The translations under genes were made by a program, and so were the position numbers. A stretch of 64,000 nt of DNA from a virus, in the IMG/VR virus record IMGVR_UViG_3300045988_183727; one strand, 5' to 3'. Below are positions 35,060 to 43,439 of this stretch, piece after piece. The notes under the pieces were generated by a model. It made no database searches, was not told the DNA's origin, and worked only from the letters and a program-made list of their open reading frames with translations. The stretch's first letter is position 1; every line of letters begins with the position of its first letter.

Positions 35060-35501
35060 TGTTCTTACTCCTTTCTTCGTCTGTCAGCCCACCATCCACA
35101 GCCATGTCCATCAGCGTATTGAAGACGCTGGTGAGACGCTGTGCGAACGGGGTGTATTTCAGCGTATCCATGACCTTCTCCAGCACAGGCAGGGGAGCGT
35201 TGAAGCCGAAATTGCTCACCGCCCTGCAAAGCGCCACACGCAGTTCCGCTTGCCGAAGGTAATCCTTGGCGGTCTGCTCTGTCTGATACAGTCGGTAGTC
35301 CATGCAGTACATGGTGTTGAGCTGGAAGTAAAGGTTTCGGTTTGCGTCCTCAAGCGGCACCTTGTAGTAGCGACGACCGTTATCGTCCGTCAGCCACTTG
35401 GTTCCGACCTTGACTGTGACCTCATCCACCACTTTTCCACGCTGCCTCTCGGCATTGCTGCCGACAACCGTTACGCGGTAAAGTCTCATCTCAACAGCCA
35501 T
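35049..35501 (-). CDS. Hypothetical protein, tandem paralogue Y1 fused to an X-like C-terminus (150 aa)
   Basis: The N-terminus resembles 34691-35059. The C-terminal YTPFAQRLTSVFNTLMDMAVDGGLTDEERSKNNGH nearly equals the C-terminus of 35491-35700. Confidence 0.65.
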   Translation of the reverse strand: MAVEMRLYRVTVVGSNAERQRGKVVDEVTVKVGTKWLTDDNGRRYYKVPLEDANRNLYFQLNTMYCMDYRLYQTEQTAKDYLRQAELRVALCRAVSNFGFNAPLPVLEKVMDTLKYTPFAQRLTSVFNTLMDMAVDGGLTDEERSKNNGH

Positions 35502-35700
35502 TGTTCTTGCTCCTTTCTTCGTCCGTCAGCCCGCCATCCACAGCCATGTCCATCAGTGTATTGATGACGCTGGTTAGACGCTGTGCGAACGGGGTGTAGG
35601 GGTTCGACAACTCACTGCGGCGCTCCATCAGAATCGCCATAGCAAACTTAGCGTCATTGACGCTCTTCAGCTCTTCGATTGTCCAGCGATGCTTACTCAT
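35491..35700 (-). CDS. Hypothetical small protein X (69 aa)
   Basis: ATG with overlapping operon organisation. Its C-terminus is duplicated in the downstream gene. Confidence 0.6.
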   Translation of the reverse strand: MSKHRWTIEELKSVNDAKFAMAILMERRSELSNPYTPFAQRLTSVINTLMDMAVDGGLTDEERSKNNGC

Positions 35701-36005
35701 GCTCTTTCACCCCCTTCCATAACAGGCCGGTCGGCATAAGCCGACTGCAACGCGAACTCCATAGCGGAGATGACCTGTGCGATTGAGGGCGTAGGCTTAC
35801 TCAAATCGCGGGCATATCCGCACCTGTCGTTCAGGTGGGTAGTCAGGGTGTCCCTGACCTTTCCCTGTATTCCCGTTATTTCCAGCAGCCGCCTCAGAGC
35901 GTCGTTGACGTCTTTTGCGGGCAACTTCTTGCGGGGGTGGAACAACAACTCGTTCCGATACTGAGACAATGTGCTGTCAATAAAGTGCAGCGAAGATGTA
36001 TCCAT
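35697..36005 (-). CDS. Hypothetical protein (102 aa)
   Basis: ATG with RBS agaaaggagaataaa. Confidence 0.6.
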   Translation of the reverse strand: MDTSSLHFIDSTLSQYRNELLFHPRKKLPAKDVNDALRRLLEITGIQGKVRDTLTTHLNDRCGYARDLSKPTPSIAQVISAMEFALQSAYADRPVMEGGERA

Positions 36006-36020
36006 TTTATTCTCCTTTCT

Positions 36021-36197
36021 CTAAATCTGCTTGTAAGGCCCAAGTGTGATAGACAGGTTGTAGATATAATTACCACAACGCACACATTCGTCGTTCTTTC
36101 CCCACAAGCCGCTTGCTTTCATACCGCGCACGCTGCCTGTATAATGGATAGACGGGTGTGTATCGCACTCGTGCTGGGTAAGCTCCTTTTGTTTCAT
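36021..36197 (-). CDS. Small hypothetical protein (58 aa; below the ORF-track cutoff)
   Basis: My own translation is MKQKELTQHECDTHPSIHYTGSVRGMKASGLWGKNDECVRCGNYIYNLSITLGPYKQI. RBS aaaggagtaaacgc. It is the first gene after cassette 2. Confidence 0.5.
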   Translation of the reverse strand: MKQKELTQHECDTHPSIHYTGSVRGMKASGLWGKNDECVRCGNYIYNLSITLGPYKQI

Positions 36198-36235
36198 GCG
36201 TTTACTCCTTTCGTTTTTACTTGTTCTGAATATAT

Positions 36236-36368
36236 AAAAAGACAGTCGTTCCCAAATGAGAACAACTGTCTTGAATATGATGATGTGACTGAAAACGGAG
36301 ATAAATCTCCTTATAAAAATATCTTCGTAATTATACTACTATACTACCACAATTCTTTATAATGTCAA
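36236..36368 (-). promoter_or_regulatory. Promoter-leader-terminator cassette 2
   Basis: TTGACA (36368-36363), 16 nt, TAGTAT (36346-36341), TATAAT-like (36335-30), GGAGATTTATCTCC GTTTTC, and the terminator AAGACAGTTGTTCTC/GGGAACGACTGTCTT + T5 (36272-36236). Confidence 0.75.
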
Positions 36369-36380
36369 CGGAAACGGTAC

Positions 36381-36413
36381 AAAAAAAGAAGCCCCCGAAA
36401 GAGCTTCTTTTTA
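36381..36413. terminator. Bidirectional terminator ending the upstream (-) operon
   Basis: A7 gaagccc ccgaaa gagcttc T5. Confidence 0.65.
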
Positions 36414-36421
36414 AGTTAAGG

Positions 36422-36925
36422 TTATTCGTTCTTTGCAGTCTTATCGGCGATACCATCGAAGATGTTGCCAACAACACGGATTTCGGTGCCGAGCAGCTTA
36501 CAAAACGGAACAAAATGTCCGTTGTCGTAAGCCTCGTCCATCAGCTCTGCTGCCGTTTTTGTTTTCAAAGACTCACTAACCAGCAGGCCAAAAGAACCAT
36601 TTCGGAACACAACCGTGTTCTCGTTGAAGAGAGGAGTGGGGCGGAATCCTTCAAAGGTCTCCACGATGTCTCCTTCGAACACCTTTGCGCCGTCCTTGTC
36701 GATGATGCCGGTGTACTGCGTTACGGTATCCGCGTAGACACCGCAAACGTCGCGGCTTTCAGCCGTGTCGGACAAGTACGTGTAGATGATGGCGAAGTCC
36801 TTCGGGCTATTATGGGGACGTGCGGCGCCCCCGTAGACCCAAATTCCCGGCAGGGGTGCTCCGGTTGCCATGCGAACTTTCTCGCCATGCCGCCGAACCT
36901 GACCACGAAACAGGATTTCTTTCAT
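36422..36925 (-). CDS. YopX-family protein
   Basis: ILFRGQ...GIWVYGG...DTVTQYTGIIDKDGAKVFEGDIVE is the typical YopX signature. Confidence 0.8.
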   Translation of the reverse strand: MKEILFRGQVRRHGEKVRMATGAPLPGIWVYGGAARPHNSPKDFAIIYTYLSDTAESRDVCGVYADTVTQYTGIIDKDGAKVFEGDIVETFEGFRPTPLFNENTVVFRNGSFGLLVSESLKTKTAAELMDEAYDNGHFVPFCKLLGTEIRVVGNIFDGIADKTAKNE

Positions 36926-36946
36926 TGTTTTTTTCTCCTTTCATTT

Positions 36947-37246
36947 TCAATGCAGTCCGTGGAGCTTTTTCCACTGGGCCTTGTCCATCCAAGGTCCGTC
37001 AAAGCTGTCGTCCACACACTCTGTTCTGAGACAGTTAGGGCAGACGAGACAGTCCACAGCCCGCCGGACACGACCGGTCTTGAACCGCACACCATGTTGG
37101 ATGATTTCTTCCTCCTCCACGAAGTAGCTCGGTTCAAGCTCGCAGCCACAGGTGCCGCAGATGCCAAACGGGTTTGCATTGGACTCGTAGGTGCCGTTCT
37201 GTTTTTGGATATTCTCCTGAATCACTGCATGGTAATCCGTCGCCAT
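36947..37246 (-). CDS. Small zinc-ribbon protein (99 aa)
   Basis: Contains CGTCGC...CLVCPNC. Confidence 0.6.
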   Translation of the reverse strand: MATDYHAVIQENIQKQNGTYESNANPFGICGTCGCELEPSYFVEEEEIIQHGVRFKTGRVRRAVDCLVCPNCLRTECVDDSFDGPWMDKAQWKKLHGLH

Positions 37247-37983
37247 CAGAACTTCACCTCCTCAAATTCAATGACCCATACCCACGGGTTTCCGGCCCAC
37301 TTTGACAGGGCCTTGTGTTCGGGAATCGTGCTGTCCCACAGCTCGATAAACTTCTCCTGAAGGGACATGGTGTTCTCGCCGGAGGTACTGTCACAGGTGA
37401 TGCCCTCCTTAGTGAAGTCCTCGTCCTTCATGTCATTCAAATGTTCCAACCGCACATCCGTCACACGCAGGAAAATGCGTGCCGCCTCTTTGGGCATATG
37501 AATGGACGGTGTCCAGTGAATGAGGGAACTCACCTCAGGGGAGTTTTTCAAATCCTCATCCGAATAATCGGCCTTATAGAGCCAGCGGTTCTCGGCGCAG
37601 GCACAGGTCGTTTCGCGAACATACAGGACGTCTCCCTTGTCAAACGGAGCACAGAAGCTGCGAATGACGGTGTTCTCATCAGCGAAAGCGGCCACGAGAC
37701 GTCCGTCTCCGTCGCGATACAGTCCATCCACTTTCTTTCCCGCGAAGTGAAACGCACCACGGCGTGTTACCATCTTGCGCCCCTCGCGGATGGCACGTAC
37801 CATCTCGCCGTTGAACAGGATAGGCTTCGGCTTCTTGTCCTTGAAGATGTCGGGGTCAAAATGGATGCCGGCTTTCTCGCGCAGTTCCTTGCAACGAGAG
37901 CCACGATAGATGTCTGTGTCGCACTCTTTGACAGGACAATGTGAGAGGCAGATTCGCCGCTCATAAGGTTCCTTTCTGGGCAT
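37246..37983 (-). CDS. Hypothetical protein, ASCH-like N-terminal core
   Basis: KPILFNGEMVRAIREGRKMVTRR resembles the ASCH / phage morphogenetic-protein motif. The family call is tentative. Confidence 0.55.
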   Translation of the reverse strand: MPRKEPYERRICLSHCPVKECDTDIYRGSRCKELREKAGIHFDPDIFKDKKPKPILFNGEMVRAIREGRKMVTRRGAFHFAGKKVDGLYRDGDGRLVAAFADENTVIRSFCAPFDKGDVLYVRETTCACAENRWLYKADYSDEDLKNSPEVSSLIHWTPSIHMPKEAARIFLRVTDVRLEHLNDMKDEDFTKEGITCDSTSGENTMSLQEKFIELWDSTIPEHKALSKWAGNPWVWVIEFEEVKF

Positions 37984-38011
37984 ATGTTTTTTCTCCTTTC
38001 TTTTCCGGGGG

Positions 38012-38464
38012 TCACTCGTATTCCTGACAACAAAGGTCGTAGACCTTATGCAGCGCAGCTAACGCCGCCTCAGGAATATCCTGAGTGTCCATATCAAACC
38101 ATTCGCCGAGCAATCCGGTAACATCTCCAAGAAACAGGAACTCGTCGAACACTTCCGACGGCGTACCGGAACCTTTTTTGCTTACCTTGCGCCGCTTATG
38201 TGGTGCAGTTCCGCGACAGGCATCCAGTGCGTCCTGCAGGAGCGATATCGCACCCTTGGGAATTTCACCGGTATCCATTTTCAGCCAATTCGCCAGAGTC
38301 TCGATAACATCATCGAGGAACACATAATTGCACTCGCAGATAATTCTCGCCATCTGCAAGTGTCGAATTGCGTCCGTTGGGATGTCGTTAATGTCACACT
38401 CGGTGAGTTGTCTCTTCAGGTTCTTTACAACCTCATCGCGGGACAAAACCTTGTTTCTTCCCAT
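38012..38464 (-). CDS. Hypothetical protein with three internal repeats (150 aa)
   Basis: The repeating unit is (D/T)xxDIPxxA(I/L)xxLxxA. Confidence 0.6.
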   Translation of the reverse strand: MGRNKVLSRDEVVKNLKRQLTECDINDIPTDAIRHLQMARIICECNYVFLDDVIETLANWLKMDTGEIPKGAISLLQDALDACRGTAPHKRRKVSKKGSGTPSEVFDEFLFLGDVTGLLGEWFDMDTQDIPEAALAALHKVYDLCCQEYE

Positions 38465-38491
38465 GTTGTCTCCTTTCTTTTTTTGCGGATT

Positions 38492-39010
38492 TCAACTGCT
38501 CTGCCTCAGCGTATCAGGCACGGCACCGAAGCTCTGCGCGGCTGGGTAGGCGGGAGGGAAGGGGATAGCCCCTCCTCTCGCTACCTGAGCCACCACGAGG
38601 GTGCTAATGCCGCCAGAGGGCGTTTTGTATTGCTGAACGCTTGGCGTGTAGAGAAACCCATCTACCGCTTGTCTCACGGTCATTGTGGGGTATTTTGGCG
38701 CCCGCCAACGATGCTCCTTAGAATAGTAGATTTCCCTGACCCGACACGTTGCAACTGTGACGGGAATGAGGGGATTGTCTACCGTATGTTCACACACGAT
38801 GGCGATAGATGTCTTTCCAATTCTGGAAGCATCCTCCACCATGCGCTGGAGCGCGAGTCTCTGACCATAAGGCATTGCGGCATTACGATGCTTCACCTCA
38901 AAGAAAACATACCCCTTGTCGTGATACTCAATGAGTCCGTCGATGTCGGTAGGATAACAGTTACCCTTGTTTTCAATAGTCATGCCCGTGAAGCTGACGA
39001 GCTGTTTCAT
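38492..39010 (-). CDS. Hypothetical protein, possible PD-(D/E)xK fold (172 aa)
   Basis: The internal ATG is at 39010. TDIDGLIEY...VFFEVKH suggests a D...ExK motif. Tentative. Confidence 0.5.
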   Translation of the reverse strand: MKQLVSFTGMTIENKGNCYPTDIDGLIEYHDKGYVFFEVKHRNAAMPYGQRLALQRMVEDASRIGKTSIAIVCEHTVDNPLIPVTVATCRVREIYYSKEHRWRAPKYPTMTVRQAVDGFLYTPSVQQYKTPSGGISTLVVAQVARGGAIPFPPAYPAAQSFGAVPDTLRQSS

Positions 39011-39071
39011 CCTTGCGGGAAATCTAATGTAGTCCTTCCTCACGGGAGCCTCCTTTCTGCAGGCATCCCCC

Positions 39072-39404
39072 TCAGCGGGGGATGCCTTTGCCGTTTTTGA
39101 GCATGGAAATGACTTTTGCGGCCAAGAAATCGTCGGCCACAAACTGGTTATAGCCGTTTTTCAGACCGTTGCTGGAGAAATCCTCTGTGTCCTTGGCATA
39201 GCGGCACATGGATTTGTCGGAAATAGGTCCATAGCAAGAGTGCTCGGTGGTTACATAGACGCAACTCTCTCTGCAAGTCACGAAGCCAGAGCAGCCGCGC
39301 TTCTGTCCGTTGACTGTGATGTTCTTCAGGTGCGTGGTAATGTCCATGCCCATCTGTTCTGCCAAAGAGGTAAGTCCGTTTTTCAGCTTTACAGAAAGCA
39401 ACAT
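39072..39404 (-). CDS. Hypothetical protein (110 aa)
   Basis: The internal ATG at 39404 follows aaaggcggtgtaaga. Confidence 0.55.
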   Translation of the reverse strand: MLLSVKLKNGLTSLAEQMGMDITTHLKNITVNGQKRGCSGFVTCRESCVYVTTEHSCYGPISDKSMCRYAKDTEDFSSNGLKNGYNQFVADDFLAAKVISMLKNGKGIPR

Positions 39405-39406
39405 TC

Positions 39407-40159
39407 TTACACCGCCTTTCTTTCTACCCAGACATCGCCCAACTTGGCGCACTCGCCGTGGTAAGGGCAGTCGTGATAGGTTTCGCAACCCTCATCAACG
39501 AAGGTCTGGCAGGTGCCACAGTCCAAATTGTGATGCAGAAGACGCTGGATAACATCCCGCGCATTTTCGGTCTCTACCGCGAGGTAGGAAAAAGCTCTCG
39601 CCTTGACGCTTGCATCGTACTCATCCGTGTAGTAGAGGGAAGACGCACAGAGAACCTTTGCGCCGAACACACGGCGGCACTCCTCATCGGAGAGCATTTC
39701 ACCGGCAAACGGGAAAAGACCGCGTCTGCCTCTGAGCTGGTTGCTGACGTGTGTGTGCGCGTTCTTTGCCAACTTAACGCCCTCACGAGCCTCATCCAGT
39801 GTGTCGAAGGACAACGCACACACATCCACAAGAGAACCTTCGCCGATAGGGGAGTGGTTCACAAAAAGCATCGCGTATCTTCTGCTGGGAAGGGTTGCAG
39901 TTCTCGCTGCATCCTCGCCTTCGAGACACACGTAACGCGCCACTTTGTCGTCCCACACATACTTCTCACAGGAGGTGCAGGTGTTCTCTGCCTTATCACA
40001 TCCGGATTTCGACGCAACGACCTTCAGCTCGGCTGCTTTTTTTTCTGCCTCGCACTTATCCACAGCGGCAAAGCACACTTTTCGTCCCTTTTCCTCATCG
40101 AAACGATAGTGCTCACATAACGCACAGGAACCAGCAGGCTTTTCACAGATATATGCCAT
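39407..40159 (-). CDS. Cys-rich hypothetical protein (250 aa)
   Basis: The internal ATG at 40159 follows gagaaaggagaaaaat. It has multiple CxxC pairs at both termini and is the first gene after cassette 3. Confidence 0.65.
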   Translation of the reverse strand: MAYICEKPAGSCALCEHYRFDEEKGRKVCFAAVDKCEAEKKAAELKVVASKSGCDKAENTCTSCEKYVWDDKVARYVCLEGEDAARTATLPSRRYAMLFVNHSPIGEGSLVDVCALSFDTLDEAREGVKLAKNAHTHVSNQLRGRRGLFPFAGEMLSDEECRRVFGAKVLCASSLYYTDEYDASVKARAFSYLAVETENARDVIQRLLHHNLDCGTCQTFVDEGCETYHDCPYHGECAKLGDVWVERKAV

Positions 40160-40222
40160 ATTTTTCTCCTTTCTCCCAGCCTGTGTTAAGGTCTTATGGG
40201 AACAAAAATGTAGTGAATATAT

Positions 40223-40355
40223 AAAAAGACAGTCGTTCTCAAAAGAGAACAACTGTCTTGAATGTGATGATGTGACTGAAAACGGAGACAAAGCTCCTTA
40301 TAAAAATATCTTCGTAATTATACTACTATACTACCACATTTCCTTATAATGTCAA
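40223..40355 (-). promoter_or_regulatory. Promoter-leader-terminator cassette 3
   Basis: TTGACA (40355-40350), 16 nt, TAGTAT (40333-28), TATAAT-like, GGAGCTTTGTCTCC GTTTTC, and the terminator AAGACAGTTGTTCTC/GAGAACGACTGTCTT + T5 (40259-40223). The post-terminator 5'UTR is shared with cassette 1. Confidence 0.75.
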
Positions 40356-40367
40356 CGGTTTCGACGC

Positions 40368-40400
40368 AAAAGAAAAGAGCCGCACAGCGGCTCTTTTCTT
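40368..40400. terminator. Bidirectional terminator ending the upstream (-) operon
   Basis: aaaagagccgc aca gcggctctttt. Confidence 0.75.
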
Positions 40401-40412
40401 TAGGCTTGTTGT

Positions 40413-41372
40413 TCACGCTTCTACGTAAACTGGTTTAAGATACTGTGCGCTGAGAAATTTGCCTCGCAAGGAAGAAATCTTTGCCTCAGCGTCTTTCTCA
40501 CTGATAAACCTCTGAGCATCATCCACGGAGGACGTGTACTGGAGGTTGTTCTTCACGGATTTCTTCACATACTTCCCTGCGTATGCCTTTTCCGTACACA
40601 TAACGACATAGGGCCGAGGCGCCGTCATCTTGCGCGTTACGGTCTTGAACTCAAGTCCCATTACGCTGATAACCTCTCCCATTGCTGCCGTAGCTGCTTC
40701 CGCAGACGGGTAGTGAATGGCATCTCTGACATCCTTTGTGAAATGCACAGTTATTCTTCCAATCACATTATCAAATGCACGCACATAGCCCGCGTTGCGC
40801 TTTTGAACTACAAGCGGACCCTTTACATCCCGCGCTCTGGCAGGTCGCAGGCGCTCGCCGCGCTGTGTTCCGCTGAACGACATGAAGATGTAGTGGTCCT
40901 TGTGTTCTTTTACCAGTTCCCGTGCCTCATCCAGCCAGACTTCCAGCTCATCCGTTGTTCTGACATACCTCCACAGCAGATGGTCGCCGGACGTATAGGG
41001 CATCAGCCCTACATTCAGGTCGTTGACGCCGGGATTGGCGGCGAGGATGTCCTCCAGCGTGGCGGCATCCTTTGCGGCGCGAGCAAACCATTTCCGTGCC
41101 TGAGAGCAAGTGACCCACTTGCTGTTCATCTTCCAGCACTCATCATCGGTGTCGGGGAAGGTGGTATTCACCTTCGCCACAAATTCGTCCTCAGGAAGTT
41201 CCAGAAGATTGATTCCTCCCAGCAAGAACCAGTGGCGCTCGCGAACCTCTCGCGGCTTGAAATTCCTGTCGTAGATGAACTCGGAGCAGTTGTTGCTGCC
41301 ACCCAAGGCAAGGGGAATGATACCACGAGTTGTCTTGATGAAAGAGCGGGCATCAATGATAGTGTATCCCAT
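40413..41372 (-). CDS. Hypothetical protein (319 aa)
   Basis: ATG at 41372 follows aaaggagatgtaaaa. Confidence 0.65.
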   Translation of the reverse strand: MGYTIIDARSFIKTTRGIIPLALGGSNNCSEFIYDRNFKPREVRERHWFLLGGINLLELPEDEFVAKVNTTFPDTDDECWKMNSKWVTCSQARKWFARAAKDAATLEDILAANPGVNDLNVGLMPYTSGDHLLWRYVRTTDELEVWLDEARELVKEHKDHYIFMSFSGTQRGERLRPARARDVKGPLVVQKRNAGYVRAFDNVIGRITVHFTKDVRDAIHYPSAEAATAAMGEVISVMGLEFKTVTRKMTAPRPYVVMCTEKAYAGKYVKKSVKNNLQYTSSVDDAQRFISEKDAEAKISSLRGKFLSAQYLKPVYVEA

Positions 41373-41388
41373 TTTTACATCTCCTTTC

Positions 41389-41658
41389 TTACATCTCGCC
41401 ATCCTCGGCAGCGGTTATAATACCGAATCTGAGGTTGTTGTTGATGTCGTAGATACTTAATCCGCTATCAAAGTCCTTGCGGAGCTGCGTCGCAGCGGCC
41501 TCTACGGAGTCTTCGCCGTACTCAAACGTCTCGGACTCGACGCAGGTTGCCACAAGCTCCTTCAGCTTTGCGCGGGAAGTCGTCGCAGAAACCAGACGCA
41601 TAGAGTCTGTTGCTTTCCAAGCGTCACAGGCAAACACGATGAAGATAGGATTACTCAT
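41389..41658 (-). CDS. Hypothetical protein (89 aa)
   Basis: The internal ATG at 41658 overlaps the end of the upstream gene. Confidence 0.55.
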   Translation of the reverse strand: MSNPIFIVFACDAWKATDSMRLVSATTSRAKLKELVATCVESETFEYGEDSVEAAATQLRKDFDSGLSIYDINNNLRFGIITAAEDGEM

Positions 41659-42229
41659 TTTCGGCTTGCTCCTTTCTTCTTCCAACGGTGGCTGCGGGGT
41701 ACGGTGTGGCCCGCTTGTTGTTGCTGTCCATGATTCGCATAACATGGACAAGCATCTCGGAATATGCCCTGTGCATGGTTTCATACCGCGCACGCCATGT
41801 ATTATCATCATTGTCGTTCACGCGAGCACTCAGCCCCATGCTGTAGTACAGCGCGGCGTCGATGTCTACCAGCTCCGCTTCAGTCAGGTGGCAGATATAG
41901 GCTCCCAGCTCATTGACAGAAACTGCCATCGGCTGCTCGCACAGTGCTGTGCTGGGGCGGCTCGTGCTCGTGATGAGTACATGGGAGGGCTGCTGCATCT
42001 TTGGAGATGATGTCGTAAATACGACCTCCACTACACTGCTGTAGCGGTTCAGGTCATCCGAAGATACAACGATTGCGGGACGATGCCCTCTGATAACAGA
42101 GCTATTGGAAGGATGTCCGTCTTTATCGCGGAACTGGCTTCCTTCCGGGGCCCAAGGGGAAAAGATTTCGATTTCTTTCGCATTGACCCAAAAAACATCG
42201 CCCCTGCGGATGTTTCCATTTCTACCCAT
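41651..42229 (-). CDS. PemK/MazF-family toxin-like protein with a ~70-aa C-terminal extension
   Basis: RRGDVFWV...GHRPAIVVSSDDLN...VVEVVFTTSS...PSHVLI...STALCEQPMAVSVNELG matches the MazF/PemK pattern. Confidence 0.7.
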   Translation of the reverse strand: MGRNGNIRRGDVFWVNAKEIEIFSPWAPEGSQFRDKDGHPSNSSVIRGHRPAIVVSSDDLNRYSSVVEVVFTTSSPKMQQPSHVLITSTSRPSTALCEQPMAVSVNELGAYICHLTEAELVDIDAALYYSMGLSARVNDNDDNTWRARYETMHRAYSEMLVHVMRIMDSNNKRATPYPAATVGRRKEQAENE

Positions 42230-42437
42230 AGATTCTTGTCTCCTTTCCTTCAGAATTGGTTACACACGACGGAATGCCGAAAAAAGACAGAACCGCTTTA
42301 AGCGGCTCTGTCTCCATGCAGTCGATATGACACTGTTTGTTTTCGTAGGGTGCCTCGACAAATTCTTCGCCAACCTCAATGGGTTCGTGGCAAATGCAGC
42401 ATTCGCCGGCGTAACGAATTTCCTTTTTTGCTTTCAC
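42222..42437 (-). CDS. Small Cys-containing protein (71 aa), candidate cognate antitoxin by position only
   Basis: GTG start after aaaggag. Overlaps the MazF-like start by 8 nt. Confidence 0.5.
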   Translation of the reverse strand: MKAKKEIRYAGECCICHEPIEVGEEFVEAPYENKQCHIDCMETEPLKAVLSFFGIPSCVTNSEGKETRIYG

Positions 42438-42458
42438 AATGAATTTACTCCTTTCTTT

Positions 42459-42662
42459 TCAAAGTTGCCGAGACAGTGTTACGGCTGCCTGCTGGCGTCG
42501 TCTTTCGCAGTTTCTTCGCTGCACTTCGATAGCTTCGCGAGCCTCCGCAATACACTGCTTCGCACGCCTATCCTGTTCAGAAGAGAAAGATGCGTAGCGC
42601 TCAGAGTAGACGGAATCCATACGCTCGGCTCTCTCAATTAACTCATACAGCGGTGTAGACAT
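42459..42662 (-). CDS. Small hypothetical protein (67 aa)
   Basis: ATG with RBS gaggaggag. Confidence 0.55.
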   Translation of the reverse strand: MSTPLYELIERAERMDSVYSERYASFSSEQDRRAKQCIAEAREAIEVQRRNCERRRQQAAVTLSRQL

Positions 42663-42678
42663 AGCTTCTCCTCCTCGT

Positions 42679-42951
42679 TTATTGAATGTTCATGCCTACG
42701 GCGCGAGGACCTTCTTTGGACCAAGTTTCCTTGAGCCAGTGATAGGTGATTGTGCTATCTTCGGGACTCTTGTCTGGGTAGCAGGGAAGGTATGCTGCGG
42801 AGTACAAGTCTCTGCACTGACTGAAGTACACATGATTCCAGTCAGCCCACACATCACCAAGAGAACGGATAGCTCGCTTGAACGACCGAAAGCTCTGTGG
42901 CGTGTGAACTACGATGGCATTTGCTCCGTTCCACTTTCCATTCCACATCAT
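42679..42951 (-). CDS. Hypothetical protein (90 aa)
   Basis: ATG overlapping the upstream stop. Confidence 0.55.
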   Translation of the reverse strand: MMWNGKWNGANAIVVHTPQSFRSFKRAIRSLGDVWADWNHVYFSQCRDLYSAAYLPCYPDKSPEDSTITYHWLKETWSKEGPRAVGMNIQ

Positions 42952-43217
42952 TGCACTTCACCTCCCTGATACGTCGGGCGGCTGCGTCTGTTACGGAACG
43001 GAGGCATCACCGGTGCGGTGTAGCTGGTCAGCTCACCCGTCATTTTGACAGGCACACACTGGAGCAATCCGCGCTGTTTTCGATACTGGTGAGCCAAGTT
43101 GTTGCGAGCCTGTTTCTCAGAAACCGCCATAGTCGTCCCGCCCCACTTATTTGTGGTAATGTCGTCATAGACACGAACGGGTCCGAGATAGCTGAAAACC
43201 ATTTTTGCCTGTGCCAT
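42948..43217 (-). CDS. Hypothetical protein (89 aa)
   Basis: ATG follows aagaaaggagaaaacaca. It is the first gene after cassette 4. Confidence 0.6.
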   Translation of the reverse strand: MAQAKMVFSYLGPVRVYDDITTNKWGGTTMAVSEKQARNNLAHQYRKQRGLLQCVPVKMTGELTSYTAPVMPPFRNRRSRPTYQGGEVQ

Positions 43218-43262
43218 TGTGTTTTCTCCTTTCTTATTGTGTTGTAATGTAAAAAAATATAT

Positions 43263-43394
43263 AAAAAGACAGCTATCCCTGTCTTGGGATAACTGTCTTG
43301 AATACTTGGTGTGACTGGAAGCGGAGATAAGTCTCCTTATAAAAATATCTTCGTAATTATACTATTATACTACCACAATTATTTATAATGTCAA
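43263..43394 (-). promoter_or_regulatory. Promoter-leader-terminator cassette 4
   Basis: TTGACA (43394-43389), 16 nt, TAGTAT (43372-67), TATAAT-like, GGAGACTTATCTCC, and the terminator AAGACAGTTATCCC/GGGATAGCTGTCTT + T5 (43299-43263). Confidence 0.75.
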
Positions 43395-43404
43395 CAATGG
43401 CAGA

Positions 43405-43439
43405 GAAAAAAGAGGCGGCTTTCGCCTGCCTCTTTTTTT
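43405..43439. terminator. Bidirectional terminator ending the RecG operon
   Basis: A6 gaggcgg ctttcg cctgcctc T7. Confidence 0.7.

Noticed and set aside
36225-36330. Leader peptide encoded in the cassette leaders (AAGGAG followed by an open frame through the terminator, e.g. ...SHHHIQDSCSHLGTTVFLYIQNK)
   Set aside because: There is no ATG, GTG or TTG at an appropriate distance from the AAGGAG, and the frame is not preserved between cassettes (cassette 1 has a 1-nt indel). The AAGGAG is more simply the 5' arm of the small GGAG/CTCC hairpin.
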